A stretch of DNA of 64,000 nt from Chiloscyllium plagiosum (Eukaryota): contig NC_057739.1 in the NCBI RefSeq assembly GCF_004010195.1, positions 45,741,356 to 45,805,355 of the forward strand, read 5' to 3'. The translations under genes were made by a program, and so were the position numbers. Positions 47,965-59,479 of this stretch are shown piece by piece. Under the pieces are notes generated by a model. It was not told the DNA's origin and searched no databases. It was given only the letters and a program-made list of their open reading frames with translations. The stretch's first letter is position 1; each line of letters starts with the position of its first letter.

Positions 47965-49350
47965 GGATTTCTTCAGCCAGAGGGTGGTGAATCTGTGGAA
48001 CCGATTGCTACAGAGGGCTGTGGAGGCCAAATCAATTAGTGCCTTTTAGACAGAGATAGGCTCTCGATTGGTAAGGGGATCAAAAGTTACTGGGGAAGGC
48101 AGGAGAGCAGGACTAAGAAACTTATCAACCAAATTTGAATGGCAGAGCAGACTTGAAAGGCCGAATGGCCTCTCTCTGCTCCTAGCCCCATATCTTCTGA
48201 CATCCCAGGTCTCTCTCTGATAGTTCTAAACGACCCCAATAGCTTAAATCATATGATTTGGCAATTATTTTTATTCATTTTAAAAATGTGCTGCTGGGCT
48301 TTATTGCTGATGTTCCATTGCCCTTAATGGGTAATTTTGGAACTTTCCCTTCAATCAATGCAGGAAGCAACTGATTTGCCATTTTATTGAGCTATCAATC
48401 ATACCCTGGGACTGGAGTTACATATAGACTGGGTCAGGCTGGCAGGTGGCTACCTGTGAAAGGACTTCAGTGGGATTTTTATGATAATTCAGTATCATTC
48501 TCACAAGCATATACATTAGGAACAGTAGGCCACTTGGCCCATCTAGTCTTCTTCCCCATTCAACAACAACATGGCTGATGAGAATACAGTTTCAAATCCA
48601 TTCTCCTGTCAACCCCCAATGACCTTTGACCCTTTCATTAGCAAGGAATCCACCTACCTCAGTCTTGAAAATACTCAAAGATGCCATCACTCCCATGGGG
48701 AATGATCCTCACAGCAGGAAATTCTCACTTGTCTTTAACGGGAGACACCTTGATGTTAATCTGTGTCCCTGTCTCACTCAGGACACTATACTTTCAATAT
48801 CCATTTTTAAGTCCCCTCAGGATCTTATCGGTCTTAATAAGTTCACTTCTTGTTCTTCTAATCTACAATACTGTAGTTTCAGACCCAATCTATCCAACCT
48901 TTCCTCATTACCTATCTCCTCCATCACACACATCATCAATACAGTCCTCTCGAGTTGGTCTCAACAATGCTCTAAACAACACCAGTAAAAACTTCCTACA
49001 TATTTCCCCCATTCCTCTTGCAATAAATGACAACACTCCATTTTGTCTTCCTAATCACTTGCTGTTCCTCCATATTAACTTTGTGATTTGTGGACCAGGG
49101 AACCAGGCTCCCCTATACTCAAAATTGTGCAACCCATCTCTATTTAAATAGTCATTATCACTTCTTCCTGCAAATGTGGACACATTCACATTTTCCCACA
49201 TTATATTCCATCTGTGATTTTTTTACATACTCACATCTTTATCTGTTTGCAGCCTCATATGACCTTCTCACAACTTCATTTCCTACTTACCTTTGTCTCT
49301 TTGGGAAATTAAGTAACTATACCTTCCACCCCTTCGTCCAGGTTTACTGA
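47965..49350. mobile_element. Cluster of CR1-clade LINE remnants (+ at 47965-48185, - at 48510-49350)
   Basis: TTCTTCAGCCAGAGGGTGGTGAATCTGTGGAA..GAATGGCC and reverse-strand CR1 RT-like sequence. Confidence 0.65.
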
Positions 49351-49538
49351 TGCCAGATTTATATTTCCAGGCCTTTTCAAAACTGAACTAAAATTCTCAA
49401 GCTGCCCTTATTTGCTAGATTCCAAGGTTCACACTGCCCAGAAACAGGAGATTCCTGTGGAATTGGCAGCGGACCGTTTAGAACATGATGTGATGCTTTA
49501 TTGTGTGATTTTTTTAAAAACACCAAGTCAGAAGGTCA

Positions 49539-49608
49539 GATTTTTTGCTCTTATTTGGAAAGGCGGGTAACGTGATTTTTTGCTCTTATTTGGAAAGGCG
49601 GGTAACGT
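49539..49608. repeat. Exact 35-bp tandem duplication
   Basis: GATTTTTTGCTCTTATTTGGAAAGGCGGGTAACGT x2. Confidence 0.95.
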
Positions 49609-50651
49609 TAGAAGAAAGAATCTGTTAAAGGCTTTTAAGAGATTAAGAGGTGGATTTTATGACTTAATAGCAATTGTTGCTGCTCATCGTCTAGCAACAG
49701 CCTCTGGACTGAAGTGTTGCTTTTTTCTGACGGTGGCACCTTTGTTACATCTTCGACTGGGTTGCATAAATTAAACCCACTCAAAACTCTCAATCATCAA
49801 CATTGCAATACCACTCCAACAACTGACAGAAAAACAAACAGACAAACGTGTCAGATTTAAGTTTACTAACAAATTCAAGCCTTACAGAATGCGACTTAGT
49901 ATGTACAATTCCTGTTACCGTGTAAAACTAAAACTTCCTGTTGTTTTAAAAAAATGTTCTGCTTATCTGACAAGGTCAGGCCATGTCATTTAATACTGTT
50001 CTGGTTTACAATGAGGTTGGTTAGTGCTACACGGTTCATTTTAATGTCCATCTATTTCTAGAATTTACTACTTGCCTTGCATTCTCTCATTTGAATAGTT
50101 CACCTCCAAGAGAGACCCTCTTTCACCTTTACCCCTTGTCTATATTAGACAGACCCCTCCCATTCATACAACACATGCTCAGTCAACGAGAGAAATTGAT
50201 GTCGAACTAGATTGCAAGCTAAAAAATACTTTTCAAAAACAAAGTTGAAAATGTGTGGTGGATGGCTGAATGGGGGTCTCCCAGTCCCAGGAGAAGCAGA
50301 GATGGGTCGACGGGTTCATTTCACCACTTCCTGCCACCTCACTCACACAACCATATATGGAGACAACAGGCTTCATCAGATACTGGTGGGTCAGTCTAGT
50401 TTGGGCACTGCACACCTGTAAGATGCCATTTCCTTTAAATTTTCCACAATTTCTGTCAAACACATCTAGTATAGATCGGGTCAGGCAGTGTGTGAAGTTT
50501 CATTGTTGTGGTGTCTGATTATTCCAGTGTATCTGAAGTCCTGAGCTGACCCATCATGAAGGGAGGAGATACAGTTAGGACTGGACAGTGTGCTGTTCAT
50601 TTCCTGACCAGCCTCAGTCTGCTGTTACTCCCCTCCCCACCCACACTATCC

Positions 50652-50892
50652 TCAAACGGGATCAGTGCTCCCTGAGCTGTGTCCGTTCACCTGTGGTTGG
50701 GTGGTGGCATTGCTCAGAGCCACTCTGCCATTAGACTCTCCTGCAACCGTTGACGCAGACCCGGCCATCTCCGTCACCATCTCTTCTTCGGGTGTGACCA
50801 CCCCCTCCTCCTCCTCTTCCTCTTCCTCCTCCTCCTCCCCTCTCCGGTAAGCTTCACAAAGTGGGAGGTCAGCACCATCCCACAGGCTGTAG
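50652..50892 (-). CDS. MED22: MED22 long-isoform (Surf-5b-like) terminal exon
   Basis: gccaag|C TAC; (S)YSLWDGADLPLCEAYRRG(E)11GVVTPEEEMVTEMAG..NGHSSGSTDPV*. DLPLCEAY matches the recalled human long isoform, and the phase fits the AG|gt donor at 58863. Confidence 0.88.
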
Positions 50893-50989
50893 CTTGGCCA
50901 GGAAAAAAAATGGTATTAAGAAAGAAGGGGAAAGGATGCAAGAACAAGTCAAGAGTACAACAAAACATCAAGGCTGTTAGTGACAAAGA

Positions 50990-51290
50990 AAGATGTGCTG
51001 GCATTTTTATGGTGCCTTTAATAAAATGCTTCACAGCCAATGAGTGCACAGCAAGATCCCACAATGAGCAACGTGATAATGACCAGATCAGCAGTCTAAG
51101 TGATAACAGTTAATGGCTAACTATCATCCCAGGAACACTGGAGAGATTGCTGGAGTTCCACTTCTCTGTAAAACCTTTAGATTTTTTACACCAACCTTAC
51201 AGGTCAGATGTGGCCTCAACTTAATTGCTCTAGTCCATGTGGACCCTCTGACAGCACGGCCCTCCCTTAGCACTCACCCTCCACTGTCTT
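50990..51290 (-). mobile_element. Deu-domain (SacSINE1-like) SINE remnant
   Basis: GCACAGCAAGATCCCACAA..AGCAACGTGATAATGACCAGAT..CTCTGACAGCACGGCCCTCCCTTAGCACT (single unit of the 33-bp motif). Confidence 0.55.
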
Positions 51291-52950
51291 GCCCTTTCTC
51301 CATAACCCTCAATTCCCTAAATGATCAAAAATCTATCTTAGAGTTAAATATCCACAAGTAATCTGTCCCTACAGCTCTCTGTGGTAAGGAGTTCCACAGA
51401 CACACAACCATCAGAGAAAAAAATTCCTCCTCATCTCAATCTTAAATTGATGTCCCTTTATTCTGAGACCGTACCCTCTGGTCCAGACTCGCCCATGAAG
51501 GGAAACATCCTTTTAGCATTGACCCTGGATAACCCCCTAAGAAACCTATTTGTTTCAATGAGAACAACGCTCATTCTTCTAAACTCCAGTCAGTAGAGTC
51601 TCAATCTGTTCAACCATTGTTTTTAAGGTACTCTCTCTCTGTTAGTGAGTTTTGAGAAGATTTGTAGCTCAGGTTGAGGTTCTGGATGTAGGTTTGCTCA
51701 TTGAGCTGAAAGGTTCATTTTCAGACATTTCTTCACCATACTAAGTAACATCTTCAGTGAGCCTCCGAACGAAGCACTGGTGGTGTAGCCCACTTTCTAG
51801 TTATATGTAGGAGCTTCTGTGGGTTGGTGATGTCATTTCCTGTGAACATTTCCTATGGTGATGTCATTTCTTGTTCTTTTGATAAGAGTTCCAGTTGGGA
51901 CAACTCCTAGGACAAGCCAAACAGAGACATGCACGAGAATTCCTAGAAGCATGGCATTCCAACTGGAACTCTACCAACAAACACATTGACTTGGCTCCCA
52001 TTTACCACCCCCTGAGAAAAAGAAGAAATGACATCACCATAGGAAATGTTGTCACCACAGGAAATTACATCACTAACCCAAGGAAACTCAAACATATAAC
52101 TAGAAAGCAGGCTATACCACCAGTGCTTCATTTGGAATCAGACTGAAGATGTTACCTAGTATGGTGATGAAACATCTGAAAACGAATCTTCCAGCTTAGC
52201 AAGAAAACCTACATCCAGATTCTCTCTCATCCAAGTGAATTGTCTCTGCCCCCTCCAATGAAATGACATCTTTTCTTAAATAAGGGACCAGAACTGCTGA
52301 CAGTACTCCAGATGTGGTCTTCCCAGAGCCTTGTACAGTTGTAGTGAGACTTCCCTACTCTTATACTCCAACCCCCAACATTCCATGATCCTTCCTGATT
52401 ACCTGCTGCCCGTGTGTTCGCTTGCTGTGTTTTGTGCACAATTCCCTGCCCCAAATCCCTGTGTGTTGCAGCTTTCTACAGTTTTTCCCCATTTAAATAA
52501 TAACTTGTTCTTTTGTCTCCCAAAATAAACAACTTCACATCTGCCCGAATTAATCTCCATTTGTCAACATTTTGCCCAATTACTTGTCAATATATCTCTG
52601 TCAACAGTTTGTAATATTCTTGTAATTCACTTGCCCCCCTTCTTAAAAAAAAAACTTGTTTGCAAACTTGGCTACAGTAGATTCCCATCCTTCCCAAAGT
52701 CATTAATATATATTGTAAACAGCTGTAGCCCCAGCACTGATCCCTGTGGAATCCACTAGTCACAGGTTGCCAACCTGAAGATCCCCTTATTCCCACTCAC
52801 TTCTTCCTGCCCATGAGCCAATTCCCTATCCATACCAATATACTACCCAGAACACCACAGACTCAATAAAAGCCTTATCAAATGCCACCTGGAAATCCAA
52901 GTATTTATTATTGGATCCCCTTTACCTATCCTGTATTGTTACCTCTCAAA
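51290..52950 (-). mobile_element. CR1-clade LINE fragment interrupted by an inverted Penelope fragment
   Basis: WQPVTSG..PQGSVLG-like and CR1 3' motifs on the minus strand. Confidence 0.7.
51645..52222. mobile_element. Penelope-like terminal fragments in inverted orientation, each with a degenerate hammerhead
   Basis: 51680-51760 is the reverse complement of 52140-52220; plus-strand LLGQAKQRHAREFLEAWHSNWNSTNKHIDL (same family as 20490-23685). Confidence 0.8.
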
Positions 52951-53444
52951 ACAACTAATAAGTAATGCCTCTATTCAAATACTCACACTTGGGTTTTCAA
53001 ATCTCTCCATGGTCTCACTCAAACTCATCCCAAATACCCCATATAGACCCAGAACCCCTCCAATAATTCTCAAGTCCTCAGTTCAATCAGCTGGGCTTTC
53101 AGACACTCAGTTCTAGAATTCTCTGCATGAACTGCTCTGTACCTCCTGCTCCTACATGTCACTCCTGAAATTTCTCTCTTTGACTGGGCTTTTTATGAAC
53201 AGTCGTAATATTGCTGTGAAAGACCAGGAGATGTAGAAGCATGTAGCTCACTGTCAAACTTGATTTGGAACAATCCTGCAAAACACCTTTGGCTGTTTTA
53301 TTACATAAAAGGCACAATATAAATGCAATTTGTTGTTGAATGTGGATTTGCTTTAGAAAATGAGCCATACAACAATACAGGCCATATGAAAATTCCCAGT
53401 ACAGGTACAGCATTGCTTCATATGATTCCCTAAGTTCCCTATAC

Positions 53445-53820
53445 ACTGCACTGAAATACTCTCAGCACAAGGCCAGCACAGGGTTAGATACAGAGTAAAA
53501 CTCCCTCTATTCTTTTCAACAGAAAGTAAAGCTCCCTCCACACTGTCCCTATCAAACACTCCCAGGATAAGGACAGTTTGTGGTTAGATAAAGAGTAATG
53601 CTCCCTATTGACTGTCCCTGACAGGACAGGGACAGCACAGCATTATATACAGCTCCCTCTACTCTTAACAGTAAGTTAAGCTCTCTCTAAATTGTCCCCA
53701 AACACTCCCATATCAGGGACAATAGCGTTAGATATAGAATAAAGTTCCCTCTACTCTTTTAATCTAAAAATAAAGCTTCCTCGACACTGTCCCCAAACAC
53801 TCCCAGGGTAGGTACAGTGG
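53445..53820. repeat. ~70-bp tandem repeat family (as 24285-24470)
   Basis: GGGTTAGATACAGAGTAAA.CTCCCTCTA..CTGTCCC..AAACACTCCCAGG units. Confidence 0.75.
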
Positions 53821-54787
53821 TGATAACTAAGAGGGATCACACATCTGACTGACAACCACCAGAAATTGGTCAGTATTTGTAACCCTAACCCTGAAATCAA
53901 CAAGTGTCAATACTCATGACCCTCTTCCTCTCCCCAGTAACGACCCCCCAACCCAGCACAGCCGGAGGACAGGAGCTGACCTGCTCAGCTTGGTTACACA
54001 CCAGGCAGTGTTTTCACTGACTGAAATCTTCCAAGGATTTGGTCTGTGATTAAAAGGATATTTTAATTTAATTGATAAATGGCTAGTGTTTGAAAGGCAG
54101 CAGAAGCAAATAGCAGGTGCAAAGCTGAGGAAATGCCAATGAGTTGATGTGAAACAGAAAGACAGAGATTGGTGATTATATGTTTTGACTTTTATTTAGG
54201 AAGTATTTAAAATGCTGACTCGTTAAAGTGAGAGACTGGAATGTTTAATCGAATGAAGGATACGGTTTTTAAATTTATATATAAATCTTAAAGCAAAAAT
54301 AAACATAAAATACAGATATAAAAACAAATTTCATCTTGAAAATGTTGGGAACAGTGAACAAGGCACAATGACAATTATTAAATGAAACACTCACTATTGC
54401 AAGGCTCAATAAGTAAAAACAGATCGCAGTTTTAGTCCACACTCAATCATTGTAGCTCTGGGTGGGAGATTGAGTGACAACACCTTTTTAGATTAAAGCA
54501 TGCATTTAACAGAAATGGATTCAATTACACATGAAGGAGGAGGTCATATTGATTTGAAATGGCTCATTTGGCTGAAAGGGGTTAGAGGTGTGGGATGGAT
54601 ACAGTTTGGGATTCTCTGAGGATGATGCATCAGAGAAAGTCAGTGGCAGTTCTGCATTCTCACCTCTCCATGTCAATGTGCGTGTTTCTGTCATAACTAT
54701 TTGACTGTGTGGTATCACAGCAAAACCCAACCTGATTGTTGCTAAATTGTGGACATGCGTGCACGTGGGAGGATTCACTAAAACTGG

Positions 54788-55103
54788 AGCAGCACGATGG
54801 CTCAGTGGTTAGCACTGCTGCTTCACAGCGCCAGGGACCTGGGTTCGATTCCCACCTCGGGTGACTGTGCAAACTCCACGCAGACATTCCCCCCAGTGTC
54901 TGCGTGGGTTTCTTCTGGGTGCTCCAGTTTCCTCCCACAATCCAAAGGTCTGCAGGTTACGTGATTTGGTTATGTTAAATTGTCCACAGTCAGGGTTAAA
55001 TATAGGGTGGGGGAATGGGTCTGGGTGGGTTGCTCTTCAGAGCATCAGGACTTGTTGGGCCAAATGGCTTGTTTCCACACTGTAGGGAATCTAATCTAAT
55101 CTA
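54788..55103 (+). mobile_element. V-SINE (HE1-like) with (TCTAA)n tail
   Basis: GCACGATGGCTCAGTGGTTAGCACTGCTGCTTCACAGCGCCAGGGACCTGGGTTCGATTCCC..GTTTCCACACTGTAGGGAATCTAATCTAATCTAA. Confidence 0.88.
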
Positions 55104-55599
55104 AAAGCTGATCAGGAATGGGAGCTCTGGCTGGGCTCCTCTCCTCCTATCCCATTTCCCTCACTAGCTCAGGCACACGGCGTAGCTTTTAGTTTTTGAT
55201 GCAGCCATAGTGGAACCCGTGAACCCAACTCAGGTTGGAGACGGAACCTGGCCTCTCCATAATCTGGTGGTTGCAAACTGATCCTGAACCCAGTGGCCCA
55301 GAACAGAGGCTTCAGCAGAGGCCCACAGTTACTCTTTGATTCCCAATGATGAAGCAAAGTTACTCACTGAACAGCTGGGACTGTGATAAGATCTTAAACT
55401 GTACAGAATGATATTACAAGCTACATACGGACAATTGCAGAAATGTACAGTCAACATACTAAAGGGGAATATTATGAAATGTACATATAACACAACAGCT
55501 TATTACAGGATGTGTGGAGAATATCCTGGCATGTACAGTTAATTGATATATTTATGAAAGGTAACACTGAAACATTACATGATGTGTATATAAACAAGG

Positions 55600-57480
55600 A
55601 ACGGGTAGGCCATTCAGCCCTTCAAGCCTGTGCAGCCATTAAGCTCATGGTTGATCTGATTTTAACCTCGACTCTGCATCCCTCCTGATTATCTTTCATT
55701 CCCTTGATAATCCAGAATCTACTCTGTCTTAAAGATTCTGCATTCGTTGCCCTTCAGGGAATTCCAAATATTCTCAATCTCAGAAAAAAAAGTTTCCTCC
55801 GCTGTTTTAAATGGGCAACTCCTTGTCTTTAAGCTCTCAGCTTACTTCTAGATTCTCCCACAAGAGGAAACATCCTTTCCACATCTACCCAGTCAAGTCC
55901 CCTCAGGATCTTATAAAATCCAAATAAGTCACCTTTGACTCTTCCAAACTCTAAGGGATACAGGCTGAGCCTATCTAATTTTTTCTTGGAAGGCAAGCTG
56001 CTCATTCCAGGCATAAGCCTAGCAAAGATTAGAGTGGTGCTGGAAAGGCACAGCAGGTCAGGCAGCATCTGACGAGCAGGAAAATCGACGTTTCAGGCAG
56101 GAGCCCTTCATCAGGAAATACCTAGAAAGCCTAGTAAACCTTAACTCTGAAATGCTTCCAACACATTTACATCAGTTCTTAAGGGCAGTGACCATTACCA
56201 CACACAATACTCCTGATATTGTCTAACCTTTGTCCTGACAACTGAAGCATAAGCTCCCTACTCTTGTTTTCAGTTCCCCTCGCTGTATTTGATTAGCTTT
56301 CCAGATTACTTGCTGTGCCTGCACACTAACCTGCTGTGATTCTGCACTTGGACACCCACATCCCTCTGCATCTTGTGACTCTGTAACCTTTCTTAGATGA
56401 TATGTTCCATTTTATTATTTCTACCAAAATGTATAATCTCACACTTTCCCATATTGCACTCTATCTGCCAGATCTTTACCCACTCACTTAACCTATTTAT
56501 ATCCCCTTGTAGGCTCCTTATCTCCTCTTCACAACTCACTTTCCTATCTTTGCATCGTCAGTAAATTTAACTACCAAACCTTCCGTCTCTTCATCCAAAT
56601 CGTTTATATAAACGAAAGAGGCCAGTCAGTCAAGCTTCAACCTTCCTTTCCATTTTATTACCGTCCACAACATGAGCTTCTATTTTCTGGAACAGTCTTT
56701 GATGTGGCACCTTATCAAATGCTTTCAGTAAACCTAAGCACAACATATCCATTGGTTTCACTTTACCCACTGTATAGGTTAATTGTTAAAGAATTCCATT
56801 AATTAAACATGATTTTCCTTTGACCCACCCTGTGTGTGAAAAACCTCCCTCACACTTCTCTTTTAAACTTCCTGCCCTGCACCTTGACCTTTACCCCCTA
56901 GTAATTCACCCCTCCACCGTGGAGTGTCATGTGGTGACCAGAATTGTACACAATTTCCAAGCATGGCCTACTTGGAAATTGTGTACAATTCTAAAGTTAG
57001 GCCGTAAGACTTTAAGACATAGGAGCAGAAATTAGGCCATTCAGCCCATTGAGTCTGTTCCACCGTGAATCATGGCTGACAAATTTCTCAACCCCATTTG
57101 TCTGCTTTCTCCCCATAGCCCTTGATACTCAAGAATCTATCTATCTCAGTCTTTACTATAATCAATGACTTGGTTTCCACAGCCTTCTGTGGCAGTGAAT
57201 TCCATAGATTCACCACTCTCTGGCTGAAGAATTTCCTCCTTATCTCCATTCTATATCTTGCTGTATCCTCTGACAATTCTCCTCACTACCTGACCATCAA
57301 TCTGTGAGACATCTGTAAACTTACTAATTAGACCAGCTACATTTTCCTCCAAATCATTTCTGTTGACTACTAGCAGCAGAGGCCCCAGCACTGATCCTTG
57401 TGGAACACCACCAGTCACAACCCTCCACTGTGATAAGAATCCTTCCATCACTACCCTCTGTCTCCTATGACTAAGCCATC
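55600..57480 (-). mobile_element. CR1-clade LINE fragments
   Basis: GDLFGFYKILRGLDWVD, FFSQRVVNLWNSLPQKAVE, GGVPQGSVLGPLL..ISKFTD on the minus strand. Confidence 0.85.
56083..56118 (-). ncRNA. Minimal hammerhead ribozyme motif (near-intact) in a ~100-bp insertion with 12-bp TSD
   Basis: TTTC-CTGATGA-A-GGGC TCCT GCCT-GAAACGTC-GATT; TSD AAGCCTAG(C/T)AAA at 56015-56026 and 56127-56138. Confidence 0.62.
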
Positions 57481-58525
57481 TTACTTCACGATCCCTGTAT
57501 TAATATGTGGTAGTCAGAAGGAGTTGGATCATTACAAATAATGAGATACTTGGCAGTGAGAAGGGAAGGAAGGGATTCTGAATTAGCCAATTCTGGGCCA
57601 TCCTCCAGCCTCAAAGAACTATAGCGCAGAGACTCAATGCATATTGGAGAAAATGTTGATGGTTGTTGAAGTGATTATCATATAAATAATAACACAGTCA
57701 GTCACAATACATCATTTAACTGATTATCCTCATGTGAAGGAACTGTGCATCATTAAGGCCAGTGTTATATTACTTCAAACAAATCAAAAAATGTTTCCTT
57801 GTCAAATCTGACACAGAAGATTAGACTTGAGAAGTTTAAAGTCTGATAAACAGGGTGCTTGTACATTCGTAATGTGCATGAATATCACGTTGTAGAAAAG
57901 CTAATATAAAATTTGAGATAAATAGAATCTCTTTACTAAATTGGGTAATGATTCTTTACAATAAAATTCCAGTTTATGGAGTAAAAATTCTCAGATTCTT
58001 CCTGCAGTAAAAGCTGAGCAGACACTATCGCCCAATTATAAACGCCTTATTTGGTTCAACATTAAAGGAGCACCTTTATAGTCCCTGATACACACAAGAT
58101 GGCAGTAAGGGCAAATTCCAACAGGAGATGCTGCAGCACAGGGGGCTGCTTCACAAATTGCACTTAAGGATGTTTTAGTGAAATATGTAGTGCCTGGGAA
58201 TGTTTCATGTTTTGCTAATTGGTGAGCATTATTGTGCAGATTGCATTTAAAAAAAAACAATTGCTTTGAGACATTTTTGGATGTTAGGGTTTGACCTCTG
58301 AGGAATGAATTAAATCAACGGCAATAAACACATGGTGGGGAGACTCCATCGGTTCCCCTAAATGATTTACTGTCAGGAATCGGGAATTTGTTCTGTAAAG
58401 AAGGGAAGAGGTGCAAATAAATGGAACCACCATCTGCCCAGCCCCACCCTTCCCAACACCTGATGTAATATTTGGGTTCTGGTAGATCAGGATCGATCTC
58501 AACAGAAGATGAGCTGGAAACAGTA

Positions 58526-58531
58526 TTTATT
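58526..58531 (-). promoter_or_regulatory. Candidate polyadenylation signal of the MED22 short isoform
   Basis: AATAAA on the minus strand ~320 nt after the short-isoform stop. Confidence 0.45.
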
Positions 58532-58852
58532 AAACAGCCTCAACTCGAACCCAAAGTCAACCCATGTCACAATGAAAAGAGAAAGACTCGCATTTCTAAT
58601 GAGTAAAAAGAAGCAGCTTAAAAACAGAGGTACAGCCTCACCTACCCAAAGCAGTATATATCATGGAATTGAAGAGTATTATAGTGTGGGATTAGAATTG
58701 TTATTGTTTGAGGAGGTTAGTGAGAGATTAGGAGTGTGTTACAGTGTAAGTGAATGAGGCTGGCTCACATTGTGGTTATGTCAGTGGTAAAAGGCACTCT
58801 GTTGTGCTTGCTCAGGGAACATTCTGGAGGCTGTGCCGAGGACAGTTGTGTG

Positions 58853-59071
58853 TTATTTGTACCTGGAGGAGTAATATTCTTCTTCCAGCTCATACAGATC
58901 GACTGCAATCTCGTCTCTCAAGGTAATCAATTTCTTGTCACATTCTTCCTGCAGATTTCGTAGTTGTTGCTTCCGCTGATTAATGGCTTCATTCACCGAG
59001 GGAAAGTCATTCAGGATCAAGAATTGTTTCAGGTCTGACACCAGCTTCATCAAAGACTCACCAGCTCGCAC
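58853..59071 (-). CDS. MED22: MED22 (SURF5) exon. Read-through gives the short isoform ending YYSSRYK*; the internal donor at 58863 splices to 50892.
   Basis: tgttag|GTG; [55 protein letters not shown]. Upstream exons were not found in this window. Confidence 0.96.
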   Translation of the reverse strand: MRAGESLMKLVSDLKQFLILNDFPSVNEAINQRKQQLRNLQEECDKKLITLRDEIAVDLYELEEEYYSSRYK

Positions 59072-59269
59072 CTAACACCAGGGCAGCAGATAAACATGAG
59101 CCAAAATCATGGACTGTGCCATGAGAGAAGGTGTGATAAAGATTACTACACAAAATAAACAGCATATAATGTACAGAGTAACATATTACCACAAACATGA
59201 TGGGAACCTGGAGGTAATGGAGTGCCACAGGGATTACACTGCTTATGCAATGTTTTATAGCAATAACTT

Positions 59270-59478
59270 GGGTGGAGGGTGATCATCTGTGTGGAGTTAC
59301 CTCCGGGTGCTCCGGTTTCCTCCCACAGTCCAAAACTGTGCAGACTAGGTGGATTAGCCATGGGAAATGCAGGATTACAGGAATAGATAAGGCCGGGGCT
59401 GGGTGGGATGCTCTTTGGAGGGTCGGTGTGAACTCGATGGGCCAAATGGCTTCTTTCTACACTGTAGGGATTCTATGA
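59270..59478 (+). mobile_element. 5'-truncated V-SINE
   Basis: CTGTGTGGAGTT..CCTCCGGGTGCTCCGGTTTCCTCCCACAGTCCAAA..CACTGTAGGGATTCTATGA. Confidence 0.8.
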
Positions 59479-59479
59479 A

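Noticed and set aside
50665-51064. Poly-Ser ORF (+) and Arg-rich ORF (-)
   Set aside because: They are the antisense and alternative-frame readings of the MED22 poly-Glu exon.
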